Notes: generated by a model from the letters alone, not told the origin. Counted from the first letter of the whole stretch, positions 1 to 13,051 are shown. The stretch is 63,901 nt of DNA, filler included, from Chiloscyllium plagiosum (GCF_004010195.1; 5 parts of one record of this genome joined end to end with filler, not necessarily neighbours in it), one strand, 5' to 3'. Made by a program: numbers and translations.

Positions 1-598
1 ATAATGCAATAAGCTTCAATCTGCAATTTGAGAGGGAGAGGGTACAGTCGGAAGTGACAGTACTTCTGTTGAATAAAGGGAACTATGGAGCTATGAGGGA
101 GGAGCTGGCCAAAGTTCAATTGTGCAATACCTTAGCAGGGATGACCGTGGAGGAACAATGGCGGATATTTCTGTGTATAATGCAGAAGTTGCAGGATCAG
201 TTCATTCCTAAAAGGAAGAAAGATCCCAGGAGGAGGCATGGGCGGCTGTGGCTGATGAGGGAAGTAAAGAAACATATAAAGTTAAAAGAGAAAAAGTATA
301 ACATAGCTAAGATAAGTGGAAAAACTGAGGACTGGAAAGCTTTTAAAGAGCAACAGAGGATTACTAAGAAGGAAATACGCAGAGGAAAAATGAGATATGA
401 AGGTTAACTGGCCCCCAGAGAGTGGTGGGGGCATGGAATGCGCTGCCTGTGGGAGTGGTAGAGTCAGAATCTTTGGTGACCTTTAAGCGGCAATTGGATA
501 GGTACATGGATGGGTGCTTAAGCTAGGACAAATGTTTGACACAACATCGTGGGCCGAAGGGCCTGTTCTGTGCTGTATTGTTCTATGTTCTATCTATG
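1..598 (+). mobile_element. CR1 LINE remnant: ORF2 post-endonuclease segment joined directly to a CR1 3' end
   Basis: ORF 54-407 (LLNKGNYGAMREELAK...EQWRIF...FIPKRKK) resembles the CR1 EN-RT linker; from ~415 QRVVGAWNALP...TFKRQLDRYM, then gggccgaagggcctgttctgtgctgta and a ttctatg tail. Confidence 0.85.
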
Positions 599-2118
599 TC
601 GTGCGGATGTTGGACAGGTTTGGGGAATCAAGAAGTGAGTTCCCTAGCCTTTGACCTGCTCTTGTAGCCACTGTATTTATGTGTTCAGACAACGTTAACC
701 AATTTATTATGTTATCACAACACATGAAACAGAAATCGCACTTTACTAGATAGTGAATTCAGCCACTCAGCATTGACAGATACGATGAAGATGAACCCAA
801 ACAGATTCTACCAATGTGCTATGAGCAAGAGGATAGGGTGAAAGAGGGTAGGGTGTCTTAAAGATCAAGGAGGTCATGTTCGTGTTGAACCCTAGGAGAT
901 GGGAGAGATACTAAATAAATATTTTGTGTCAGTTTTTACTCCGAAGAATGCAGAGAAATAAATGTTGATGTTTAGAAACAGTTCACATTACAGAAGGGAA
1001 AGCTTGGGACATCTTAGAAAATTCAAAGATGGATAAACCTCCAGGTCCCATAACATTATTGGGAGTAAGGGAGAAAATTGCAAGGCCCCTTGCAGAAATA
1101 TTTGCATCATCTCTAACTACAGGTGAAATGCCTGATGACTGGAGTGTGGCTAATGTTGTACCCTTAAGAAAGATTGTAAAGAGAAACTGGAGAACTATAG
1201 ACCTTTGAGTCTTACTTCAGTTGTGGGTAAGTTTTTGGAGGTGATTATAAAAGATAGGATGTATGGACATTTTGAGAGGCAAATATTGATTATGGATAGT
1301 CAGCATGGTTTTTACAAGGAAAATCCTGTTCCAAAAACTTGATTGAGTTTTTTGAGTAAGTTACCAAAAAGATTGATGAGGGTAGAGCAGTGGATATTGT
1401 TTACTTGGACTTTAGTAAAGCCTTCAACAGGTTTCCGCATGGTGGACTAATTAGTAAAGTTAGGTCACATGAAAGTCAGGGTGAGCTTGCCAATTGGACA
1501 CATAATTGGCTTAATGGCAGGAAACAGAGGGTGGTGGTGGAGGGGTGCTTTTCAGTCTGGAGGCCTGTGACCAGTGGTGTACCACAGGGTTCAGTTCTGG
1601 ATCCTCTTTTGTTTTTCATTTATATAAATGATTTGGATGAGAATATAGAAGGCATGGTTAGAAATTTTGTGGTCAACATCAAAACTGGTGGCATTGTAGA
1701 CAGTGAAGAAGGCTTTCTAAGATTACAAAGGGATCTTGATTAAATTAGTCAATGGGCTAAAAAATGTCAGAGTTCAATCTGGATAAGTGTGATATATTGC
1801 ATTTTGTTACAATAAACTGGAGAAGGATTTACATAATTAATTGTCGTGCCGTGGGTAGTGTTGTGAAACAAAGGGTACTAACGGTTCAGATGCATAACTC
1901 TTTGAAGTTTGCATCCCATATAGACAGGGTGGTTAAAAAGGTATTTGGTATGTTTGCTTTCATTGTTAAGTCCTTTGAGCATTGGAGTAGGGAAGTCATG
2001 TTGGAAGCTGTATAGGACATTGGTGAGGCCTTTTCTGGAATACTATGTCCTGTTCAGGTCACCCAGTTATAGGATGGATATTATTAATCTGGAGAAGGTT
2101 GGAACAGATTTACCAGGA

Positions 2119-2625
2119 GTTCATAGTTTGTGAGAAGATTTGTAGCTCGGGTGCTCGTTGTTGCGGTTCTGTTCGCCGAGCTGGGAATTTGTGTTGCAGA
2201 CGTTTCGTCCCCTGTCTAGGTGACATCCTCAGTGCTTGGGAGCCTCCTATGAATCAGTTCTGTGATCTTTCCTCCGGCATTTATAGTGGTTTGAATCTGC
2301 CGCTTCCGGTTGTCAGTTCCAGCTGTCCGTTGCAGTGGTCGGTATATTGGGTCCAGGTCAATGTGCTTATTGATTGAATCTGTGGATGAGTGCCATGCCT
2401 CTAGGAATTCCCTGGCTGTTCTCTGTTTGGCTTGCCCTATAATGGTAGTGTTGTCCCAGTCGAATTCATGTTGCTTGTCATCTGCGTGTATGGCTACTAA
2501 GGATAGCTGGTCGTGTCGTTTCGTGGCTAGTTGGTGTTCATGGATGTGGATCGTTAGCTGTCTTCCTGTTTGTCTTATGTAGTGTTTTGTGCAGTCCTTG
2601 CATGAGATTTTGTACACTACCATGT
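2119..2625 (-). mobile_element. Penelope-like element, 5'-truncated (GIY-YIG end plus pLTR), 15-bp TSD
   Basis: ORF 2216-2623 VVYKISCKDCTKHYIRQTGRQL...HEH...REFLEAWHS...IN matches a GIY-YIG domain; flanks acagatttaccagga (2104-2118) and acagattgaccagga (2626-2640). Confidence 0.92.
2196..2235 (-). ncRNA. Minimal hammerhead ribozyme motif in Penelope pLTR
   Basis: Minus strand gca-CUGAGGA-u-gucaccu-agac-aggggac-GAAA-cg-UC-ugc: intact core, stem II, palindromic ACGU stem III, 3-bp stem I. Confidence 0.8.
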
Positions 2626-2821
2626 ACAGATTGACCAGGACTTTGCAGGGTATGAGAAGTTTGAGTTATAAAGAAAGGCTGGATAGGCTGGGGCTTTCTT
2701 CACTGGAGCTTGGGAGGTTGAGAGGTGACCTTATAGAAGTTCATTAAATAATGAAGGGAATAGATGGAGTTAGTGACAGTTGCCTTTTCCCTAGGGTGGG
2801 GGATTTCAAGAGTATGGGGCC

Positions 2822-4985
2822 TATAGAACATAGAACATTACAACACAGTACAGGCCCTTCGGCCCTCAATGTTGCACCAATCTGTGGAATCAATCTGAAG
2901 CCTATCTATCCTACACTATTCCATTCTTGCCCATTTGTTTATCCAATGATCATTTAGATGCCCTTAAAGTCGGCGAGTCTATCCCTACTACACCCCTACT
3001 ACTCTGAGTAAAGAAACTAACTCTGACATCTGTCCTATATCTATCACCCCTCAGTTTAAAGCTGTGTCCCCTTGCACTGACCATTACCATCTAAGGAAAA
3101 AGGCTCTCACTGTTCAACCTATCTAACCCTCTGATTATCTTATATGTCTCAACTAAGCCACCTCTCAACCTTCTTCTCTCTAATGAAAAGAGTCTCAAGT
3201 ACCTTTGCCTTTCCTCATTAGACTTTCCCTCCATACCAGGCAACAACCTAGTGAATCACCTCTGAACCCTTTCCAAAGCCTCCACATCCTTCTTATAATG
3301 CAGTGACCAGAACTGTATGCAATACTCCAAGTGCGGCCGCATCAGAGTTTTGTACAGCTGCAACATGACCTCTGAAACTCAGTCCCTCTACCAATAAAAG
3401 CTAACACACTGTATGCCTTCTTAACAACCTTATCAACCTGGGTAGCAACTTTCAGGGATCAATGTACATGAACACTGAGATCTCTCTGCTCATCTACACT
3501 ACCAAGAATCTTACCATTAGCCCAGTACTCTTCATTCCTGTTTCTCCTTCCAAGTTGAATCACCTCATACTTTTCCACATTAAACTCCATTTGCCACTCC
3601 TCAGCCCAGCTCTGCAGCTTACTTATGTCCCTCTGTAACCTGTAACATCCTTCAGCATTGTCCACAACTCCACCAACCTTAGTATCATCTGCAAATTTAC
3701 AAACCCATCTTTCTGTGCCCTGATCCACGTCGTTTATAAAAATGACAAACATCAGCGGACCCAAAATAGATCCTTGTCGTACATCACTAGTAACTGAACT
3801 CCAAGACAAATTTCTGTCCCAAACCGCTAAATTATCCTCAATCTCATTTTATACAATAACTTATCATGGGGAACCTTATCAATGCCTTACTAAAATCCAT
3901 ATACATCACATCAACGGATTTACCCTCACCCACCTGTTTGGTCACCTTCTCAAAGAACTCAATAATGTTTGTGAGGCATGACCTACCTTTCACAACACCG
4001 CGTTGACTATCCCTAATCAACTTATTCCAATCAAGATGATTATAAATCCTATCTCTTATAACCCTTTCCAACACTTTGCCCACAACCGAAGTAAGGCTCA
4101 CTGCTCTATAATTACCAGAGTTTGCCCTGCTCCCCTTCTTGAACAAGTGAACAACATTTGCTATCCTCAGTTTTCTGGCACTATTCCTGTGAACAATGAT
4201 GACTTAAAGGTCAAAGACAAAGGCTATGCAATCTTCTCCCTGGATTCCCAGACAATCCTAGGATAAATCCCATCCAGTCCAGGGGACTTAACTATTTTCG
4301 CACTTCCTAGAATTGCTAACACCTCTTCTTTATGAACCTCAATTCCATATATTCTAGTAGTCTGTATCTCAGTATTCTCCTTAACAACATTGTCTTTTTC
4401 CTGTGTAAATACTGATGAAAAATATTTATTTGGCATTTCTCCTATCTCCTCGGACTCCACATACAACTTCCCACTCCTGTCCTTGATTGACCCTAATCTT
4501 ACTCTCGTCATTCTTTTATTCCTGATATACTTATAGAAAGCTTTAGGGTTTTCCTTGATCCTATCTGCCAACAACTTCTCATGTCTTCTCCTGGCTCCTC
4601 TTAGTTCTCTCTTTAGGGCTTTCCTGGCTAACTTGTAACTCTCAAGCACCCTAACTGAGCCTTCACATCTCATCCTTCTTTTTCCTCTTGACAAGAGATT
4701 CAATTTCCTTAGTAAACCACAGCTCCCGCCCTTGACAACTTCTTCCCTGCCTGACTAGTCATACTTATCAAGGACCCGTTGTAGCTGTTTATTGAATAAG
4801 CTCCACATTTCAATTGTGCCCATCCCCTGCAGTATCCTTCTCCATCAAATGCATCCTAAATCTTGCCTAATCACATCATAAATTCCTTTTCCCCAGTTTT
4901 AACTCTTGTCCTGTTGTATATACCTATCCCTTTCCATCACTAAATTAAACACTATCACCAAAGTGCTCACCTACCTCCAAATTTA
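2822..4985 (-). mobile_element. CR1 LINE, 5'-truncated, nested antisense in the older CR1
   Basis: ORFs 4224-4703, 3844-4146, 3459-3809 (NYRAVSLTSVVGK, YMDFSKA, KFADDTK); tgttctatgttcta tail at 2822-2836. Confidence 0.92.
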
Positions 4986-5171
4986 ATATTTTTAAGGTGA
5001 GAGGAGAGAGACTTAAAACGACATGAGGGTCCGTTTTCTTTTACACAGAAGACAGTTCACTTGAGGAAGTGTGGATGTGGGTACAATTACAACATTTAAA
5101 AGACATTTGGATAAGTACATGAATGGGAAAGTTTTGGAGGGACATAGGTCAGGAGCAGGCAGGTGGGACTG

Positions 5172-5387
5172 CAGATTATTCTGCTATAATGTGCGTTTTG
5201 TCAACGCAAATTCGCTGTAACATGATTGACGAATTGGGGATGCTGTTTCTAAAGCGTGAACTTTTAAAACATATGTTGGCTGTAATGTGGTTACATCGCC
5301 AACACTTTAAACGCTGTTACTAAAGCGCAATTTTTCTATAATGTGGGGCTGCACAAGACCACAACCATCGCATTATAGAACTGACTG
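5172..5387. mobile_element. Tc1/mariner-pogo type MITE (CAG...CTG ends) inserted at a TA in the CR1 3' UTR
   Basis: Imperfect TIRs cagattattctgctataatg / cattatagaactgactg; flanks tg (likely mutated ta) and ta; removal restores gggactagtttagttt, similar to the uninterrupted CR1 end near 56265. Confidence 0.7.
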
Positions 5388-6659
5388 TAGTTTAGTTTGA
5401 GATTATGTTTCGCATGGTCTGGTTGGACCAAGGGTCTGTTTCCACACTGTATGCATCTATGACTCCATAATTCTGACTTGTTCAAGATGTTGTATGATTA
5501 GTTTCTAATTGCCTAACTGATGCACACATAGTCGACGACAATTCGTGATTAGTCTTGATTTGTTTGGGCATACATTCAATCAGCTCAATTTCTGATTGGT
5601 TTCTTTAAAAATAACTGTCATCTACTGACATCATTCCCCCTTGTTCATTGGTCTTTAAATATGTCATTCTGTGTTGGGATTTTCCCTACATATTACAACT
5701 TTACTTATTATTGAATTTTGCATCTTACCACTCAGAATAAACATGTTACGCTATCTTTGTCATTTTTCAAAGTAGGGAGATGCATGCTTTCATGTCCATA
5801 TGAATGATAACGTCAGCTCATCATCTCAAATTTTGCTGAACTGGTACAAGGCTGTCCATAAATCAAACAAATGTAACACTCACTTACAGGCCATCTGCTT
5901 GGTATGTTTTCCCTACCTCTAGCTGTGGGTGCTTGTACATTACTTTAAAATAAATAACAATATCAAAGGTACATGCAACTCTACACCATATAGTTTAAAC
6001 AAAAATCTACAATGTATTGACACTTAAAATCACAAACTAGGTAATAGATATATTTATAACTTTGTATATTTTTAGTGCAAAATAAACATTGCATAAAAGA
6101 TTAGATCACAAAGTATCATTGTATGTTAATTAATAATTTCAGTGATAACATCTACAAAAATTATATTGCTTACTAAACTAACCACTCATTGTTATAATAG
6201 TTGAAATTCTGTTCAGCAAAAATGCATCTGTTTTCTAAAATAAAACACAATTTAGAAACATAGAACACAACTGCTGTCTTTCATTGCTCTTCTGATGATA
6301 ATGTTTCTGGATAATGATTTAATGATTTGAAAGAATATATCTCACACATTCCACTTTGATAGAGTTTAAAAACAGAAAAGCACTTAAACATGTTGAATTA
6401 AGAATATCATAGTATTTCAGTCATTGTACAAATGTACATTGGCTTAATCATGACTTCTGCTGAAGTTCAAGCCATTTTGGCTTAGGATTTATGAGTTGGT
6501 AGCTGAACTACTAGCACTGTGCCACATCAAGGAAGAGGGTGAATTTCTTGAACCAAGAGGCAGTCACATCTATTACGATTGGATGGTCTGATTTGGTCAG
6601 TGATCAGAGACAGGAGAGTGTGATGAAGAGAGAGGGCCATGAGGGCAGAAGCACACAAA

Positions 6660-9600
6660 CTTCACTTCTTTATAAATCTCCAACATGTCTGAGGTACTCC
6701 CAGCTTATCTGGATGAAAGGGAAGGATGCAGTATGGGTGAGGTCAAGTGGCCATGGCACCATGGTAAACAAGCTATGCAAGTGGGAGAGAAAATAAATGA
6801 ATGCAGTGATAGTAGAAGACACAATAGTAAGAGAGAGAAGACTGTTCTCTGCAGCAAAGAGCATGAATGCAAATGACTGTGTTTCCTGACTGGTGTCAGG
6901 GTATGAGACATCTGCTTAGGGCTGGAGAGAGCCTGCAGTAGGATTGGAAGGATCTAGTCATGTCGGCCATATAGATACTAACAACACAGACAGAGTAAAG
7001 AAGGAAGATTTGCATTGTCAGCATGAAGAACTAAGTGCCATATTTAGAAGTTGAAGCTGAAAAGTCATAATCCCAGCATTATTACCTGAACTATGTGCAA
7101 AGTGGCATAGGGCAAGTGAGATTAGAGAGGTGAACATGTATTTCAAATACAGGTGCAAGAGAAGTAGGTTATGGTTCATGAAATTCGTACTGAGCAAAGT
7201 GAGATCTATACGAATTAGATGGTCTCCATCCTAACTTTTCTTGGCTGGTGTTAGATTGTCAGATTGTCAGATTAGATTACAGTGTGGAAACAGGCCCTTT
7301 GGCCCAACAAGTCCACACCGACCCGCCGAAGCGAAACCCATCCCTACCCCTACCCCTACCTCTACATTTGCCACTTACCTAACACTACAGGCAATTTAGT
7401 ATGGCCAATTCACCTGACCCTGCACATCTTTGGACTGTGGGAGGAAACCGGAGCACCCGGAGGAAACCCACGCAGACACGGGGAGAACGTGCAAACTCCA
7501 CACAGTTAGTCGCCTGAGGTGGGAATTGAACCCGGGTCTCTGGCGCTGTGAGGCAGCAATGCTAACCACTGTGCCACCGTGTTCTTGTTAATTGAATAAC
7601 TATGGTATTGGGAGAATTTCAAACTAGTGGAGGCAAGGGACCAAATTTGAGAAATGTGGTAAATCAAACAGTAGAGCCAAAGCCAAAAAGAAAGGCATTA
7701 ATATGGGAAATACTGAACAGACCATGATAGAAAGGCATAGAGAGTAAAAACTTCAGTAAAGCAACAAACAAAGCTGCAAGTTATAAAAATTATTAAAGGA
7801 AAAAGGTAAAGGTTGTGTATCTGAATGCGCATAACAAAACAGATGAACTGAGAATACAAATAGAAATCATAAAGGACGATTTGACAGTTATTACAGAGAT
7901 ATGGCAGTGGAATGATGCCTGAGTCTTGAAAGGTACGGGATATTTAGGAACAATAGAGAGCTAAAAAAAGGTGTAGGTGGCTCTGATAGTAAATCATATT
8001 AGGACAATGAAGAGGGATTACCGAGGTTCTAGAAACAGTTTGGGTAGAGATGAGAAATGGTAAAGGCAAGAAGTTCCTTGTGGGAGTGGTGTACTGTTCT
8101 CCCAACAATAACTACATGTTGGCATGGGCAATAAAGAAAGCAATAATGGTAGTTTGTCATAAGGCTAGGTTGTAATCATGGGATATTTTAATCTTCACAC
8201 AGACTGGAATACTCAGACAGGCAAATGTGGCCTAGATGGGAAGTTTATGAATGCTGATGTGATATTCTGGAGCCAGACAGAGACCAGACTATGCTCAAAT
8301 TGTATGGAGAAAAAGATAAGATGAATTAATGATCTCAAAGTGCAAGTCCACCAGGTAGCAGTAATCATAAAATGATTGGGTGTTACATTTAGTTTGAGGG
8401 AGAACAAAGAGAGTTTGCGACTACTTCTTTAAATTTCAATAAGGTCAATTATTAGTGCATGAAAGCAGAGCTGGCTAAAGTGAATTGTCAAATTTAGGTT
8501 GAAGGATGGATCAATTGAAATGCAATGGCAGAAACATAGGGTAATATTTTGAGATACACAGAATAGGTACTTTCCAAAAACTAAGAAACATTCCAAGGAA
8601 CAGATCACCATCCAATTAGAAACTCAGAAAAATCACACTCACCAGCGAAGTGGCATTGAGTAAATCATTGGAGCTGTGGGCTGACAAGTTCCTGGTCTTG
8701 ACGGACTTCATCCTAGGATCTTATAAGAAGTGGCTAGTGAAACTGTTAATACATTAGTTTAAATTTTTCACAGCGCTTTTGATTCAGGAAAGGTCCCGCT
8801 TGATTGAAAGACATAAAATATAACTCATTTATTCAAAAAGAGGTGGAAACAGGAAGTAAGAAGGTATAGGCCAGTTAGATTAATGTTTGTCATAATGAAA
8901 ATGTTGGAACCTGTTATGACAGGGCCCTTAGATAAATTCAAGACAATCACGAAGCTTCAACATGGTTTGTGATACAGTAGTCACGGTTTAGCCAATCTAT
9001 TGGAGTGACCTGTGGAGGTAAGGTGTGAAGTGGATGAAGGAGAAGCACTGGACATACTGTGCTTAAATTTTCAGAAGACATTTGATGAAGTGGTTTATCA
9101 AAGGTTTTATTGCAAAATGTAAAATCACATGCTGTAGAAGGAGCTTATTGGCATAGAAAGAAGATTGATTGGGTAACAGGAGAGAGTACGCACAAATTGA
9201 TCTTTGTCAAATTGGCAAGGAAATAAGAATGGCATGGCATCAGGATGAAGGGATGGAAGATATGGTTGTCCAATTTGCTGATGAGACAAAGGTAAGTAAG
9301 ACAGTAAGTTGTGAAGAGAACACAAGGATGCCATAGAGGAATATAGGTAAGTTGTGGGAGGGGACAAAGATCTTGGTGATGGAATAGAATGTGGGAAAAT
9401 GTAAACTTATTCACTTTGATATGAAGAACAAAAAAAACGTATTATTTAAAATGGTGAGAGATTGCAAAGTGATTTGGATGTCCCAGTGGAAGAATCACAA
9501 AAGATTAACATGTAGTTATAGCAAGAAATTCAGAATGGTATGATTTACTGTGAAGAGAATTGAATTTCAAAGTAGGGAAGTTACGCTTCAGTTATAGAGG

Positions 9601-9770
9601 GCACTGGTGAGATGCAATGCACACTATTGAACAATTTTATTAAGGAACAATGTAATTGTAGTTCAGAAAGGTATTCCAGATTAATGGAATAGGTGGGTTG
9701 TCTTTTAAAAGTTTGAAAGAGTGAGCCAAAATTTGATTGAAACATATTAAGTCCAGAGGGGTTTTGATAT
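6660..9770 (+). mobile_element. Old near-full-length CR1 (ORF1 esterase, EN and RT remnants), heavily decayed
   Basis: DGLH-like gatggtctccat at ~7219, YLNA at ~7818, EN and RT-like segments, FAD-like tttgctgatgagacaaag at ~9274; many stops and frameshifts. Confidence 0.7.
7252..7581 (-). mobile_element. HE1/V-SINE-type tRNA-derived SINE
   Basis: Minus strand A-box ggtggcacagtggttagc, B-box gggttcaattccc, tgtggagtttgcac core, CR1-like gggccaaagggcctgtttccac tail and aatct repeats. Confidence 0.9.
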
Positions 9771-9879
9771 GGAAAGGATGAACTGAATTTTCCAAAAATC
9801 AGCCATGTCAATTTCAGGTGGTTTCATAATACATTTCTCTTTAGTGAGTTATTCCATACAATTCTCTGCTGCTTACCAT

Positions 9880-10073
9880 ATTAACTCAGTTGGCCAGACA
9901 GCTGTGATACAAAAATGCCAACAGTGTGGGTTCAATTCCCACACTGTCTGAGGTCACCATAAAGATCCTGCTTGCTCAACCTCACCCCTCACCTGAGGCG
10001 AGGTGACCCTCAGGTTAAACACCACTAGTTGTGTGTCACTCCATAAAAGATTCAACTACACTGACTTTACCTT
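9880..10073 (+). mobile_element. tRNA-derived SINE (second family)
   Basis: A-box-like taactcagttgg, B-box ggttcaattccc, hairpin cctgagg...cctcagg; related inverted copy at 48263-48460. Confidence 0.65.
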
Positions 10074-10269
10074 TCCCATATTATATATGCACCATGTCTG
10101 TAGGACATGATTCTCACGTTACCTTGTGCTCTGCAATGGTGGAAGTACTTGCTGCTGTGTGGACATTCTGGGATTTATTCAACCAGCATTATATTTAAAT
10201 CGCGGTCGTGCAGCAGCTCAAATGCTGGGAAACGCCGTTCACGATTTACCCGAGCACAACTCTAAAGGG

Positions 10270-11840
10270 CATTGTTGTGAAAGGGAAGTTGTCGTCCGGT
10301 TCATTGTTAGGACCTGAACACCCTGTTGGACAGTGTGGTGGAGAAGAAGATCTTCTTCCATCAGCATTGCCAGAGGATACCACAGCACCAGACCAGACCA
10401 GCCTAGGCTGAGGTTGCTACCCAAGTCAGTGTGGTATCAACAGCCTGCAAGTATGGCCAGCAATGCTGCAAGAAGGGTAATGACCTTCTGTACTCGACAA
10501 GGCTAATTACCACTGTTTCTCTTTGCTCCCTCATGCTCACTCCTTCTCTGTCACTGCTCTCATCACCTTCGAAGATTCCTGTTTATCACTCTCATAATTG
10601 CACACGGCATCTTCCTTCAAATATTCTCAACCCCTTACTCCTCCAGACGATTAACCCCACATGCCCTCTCCATTTCCTCCTCATTTAACCTGGACCTTTC
10701 CCTCATATATAGAAGCACTATCAGCAGTGCCTGCCACTTTCACCTCATTTAATCCATCCATTTCTCACATTCCAGGAGAAAACAGTCTAGAATAGTGCCA
10801 AGAGAACCAAGGTGGGCAGCATAGTGACTCAGTGCTACCTCACAGTGCCAGGGAACCAGATTTTCATTCCAGCTTCGGGCAACTGTCTGTGTGGGGTTTG
10901 CACATTCTCCCCATGTCTATGTGGTTTTCCTTCACATTCACCAGTTTCCTCCTACAGTCCAAAGAGGTGCAGGTTAGGTGGATTGGCCATGGGAATTGCA
11001 GGGTTTCAGCCAGAGAGTTAGAGGGATGGATCTGAGTGGGATGCTTTTTGGAGGGTTGGTATGGGCCAAATGGCCTCTTTCCACACTGCAGGGATTCTAT
11101 AATTCCATGAAGGTAATGGATTTCCTGACAGTTATCTCCTAACCCCTTCAAGATGAGAATCCTTACTATAACAGGAGAGGGCTGTGACTTGTCTAGTGGT
11201 ATACATGACTTGATAACAAATAAGGATTAATTGTCAAGTGCTGCTGCTTTCTCATTACCAGCACTGCAAATGCATTAGTAACATGCACAAGCTCCTTGTT
11301 CCCTCTCTGGTCATCTGCAGGCATCAGCGGCATCCATACAGTTTCTGCCCTTAAGATGCCACCCCTTCTGTGCGTCACCTTCTTCCACCACATTGAGGAA
11401 AAAGTCAGAGTTCCTAGGGGATGCACTGGCAAGGTAGCCTCCTGTACCTGATTTCAGCTCAAACACTGACACTTTTGTGTGTATGTTAGCAAGATTACAA
11501 TTGGGAGTACATGCTGGTGCTCACATCACTGCCGTGTCTCTGCAGTTGGATGAGGAAGAATTACTCCAGGTTGCTGGCACTCAGAGGACTGCTGGACCTC
11601 CAGGTATCTTCTGCTCTGCCTCCAATCCCTGTACCTGTGGGAGCTCACAGTGAGCAAAGGGAACCTGCATCTGGCCAGGACGCTCACAGACGCCTGAGAA
11701 AGGTCCGTGGGGTTTTCCACTCAAACCTCCATGGCCAAGGGTCCCACCACAGCTCAGCCTCCGTCCAGACTAGCTCGGGACCCCAGGACTGCATCAAGAC
11801 AAAGCAGAAGGGAAAGGAAAAATACAATGAGGGTTCATAG
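10270..11840 (+). mobile_element. PIF/Harbinger Myb/SANT-like gene remnant, multi-exon, interrupted by a SINE
   Basis: Reads DLNTLLDSVVEKKIFF...PA*AEVATQVSVVS...QQCCKKGNDLLYSTR; after a pyrimidine-rich intron ccag|EKTV*NSAKRTK (10775), resuming after the SINE as GNGFPDSYLLTP. Confidence 0.6.
10811..11105 (+). mobile_element. HE1/V-SINE-type SINE, diverged
   Basis: tgtggggtttgcacattctcccc core and gggccaaatggcctctttccacactg tail. Confidence 0.85.
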
Positions 11841-12892
11841 ATGACACGGGTGAAACTTGATTTTAAATACATCACATTTTAAAACATATGCCCCACTTTC
11901 ATCATCGGCTGTGTGAACAGCTGTCATTGTAGCTGCAACTAAAGAGTGAATATAGAGAAGTGTCCTTAGCACCACTCAATATTCTAACTATATCCAAATG
12001 AAAACCTTTCCATAGTACCTATGTTAACATGAAACATTGTCAGGATCGAATATAAGAGCATTGGGTATTGTGAAGACTTTATCAGTTTGTAACTTTAAGT
12101 TCTATTAATCAACAAAAAAAGCATGAAGAGATCAATGTATTATTCTGCATTTGCAGTTTCGATTGCACAATGGTTGCTGGCCTCAGAAAGTGTCAAAACA
12201 TTTACAGCCAGTGAAAGATGACATCACACAATTCAGTTCCATTGAATGTTAACCACAAAGCTCTGCATGTGGAATGCTGCTTTCTTGCAGGATCCTGAAG
12301 GGGCTGTTCTTTCTAAAGGACATCCTCATTTGCCTAATTGGGACATAACTGGGGCTATCCTGGATCCTCAGCATCTATCACATTGGGATCTAATTGTCTG
12401 CATTTACCTTTAAATGCCTTGTTCAGACAATTAGATCCCAGACAGAAATCTAGCTTGCAGGCTCAGCCGTTCAATAAGCTGATCAGCCCAAAACTTTTAC
12501 ATTCCTTTCTGCCTTGCACTCCCTGTCAACCTCATTCTGCTTTAATTTACCCTGTTTCCCAACCAACTCTTTTATTTGACTATTCATTTCCTCATTATAT
12601 CAGTTGAACTCCACACATGCAGTAATACCAAGCATCATTCGCACTGTTCCTCCATCGAAGCCAGGGGTGGTAGTGACTATCAATGACAGTATCCCTTACC
12701 TACCATGTTCCATCATCTCTCTTATATGTTGAGTCCCTCACAATGTTTATCTTCTCTGCATCCCAGTATGCTGTCTCCTACCTCCACAATCAATTTCCCC
12801 AGCTTTCCTTGTATAGCAATAGGCCCTGACAACCCTCCTTGACTTACAGTGAACAGACCCCCATAACCCTGGCTGACTTGGGAAGACAGCCC

Positions 12893-13051
12893 TGAATAGT
12901 GAGTGACCAGTCCCATGCCTGATGAGTGACCAGGCCTATGAATGATCAGTGACCAGGCCTATGACTGATGAGTGACCAGGCCCATGAATAATGAGTGACC
13001 AGGCCTATGACTGATGAGTGACCAGCCCTATGAATGATCAGTGACTAGTCC
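12893..13051. repeat. 23-bp minisatellite, ~7 copies
   Basis: Consensus tgaMtgatgagtgaccaggccta with units starting at 12893, 12916, 12939, 12962, 12985, 13008, 13031. Confidence 0.95.

Larger units (their letters stand above)
770..5468 (+). mobile_element. CR1 LINE (RT to 3' tail), decayed, split by three nested insertions
   Basis: RT motifs YLDFSKAF, SGVPQGSVL (ORF 1390-1743); host pieces 770-2118, 2626-2821, 4986-5171, 5388-5468 read collinearly and end in a ctatgact tail. Confidence 0.9.

Noticed and set aside
7282..7509. ORFs over SINEs (also 41090-41449, 10832-11035)
   Set aside because: Chance translations of HE1-type SINE sequence
12893..13051. CRISPR array, hammerhead array or C/D snoRNA cluster (repeated CTGATGAG)
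   Set aside because: Contiguous tandem units without unique spacers, no GAAA/UH partner, no terminal stem or cas genes
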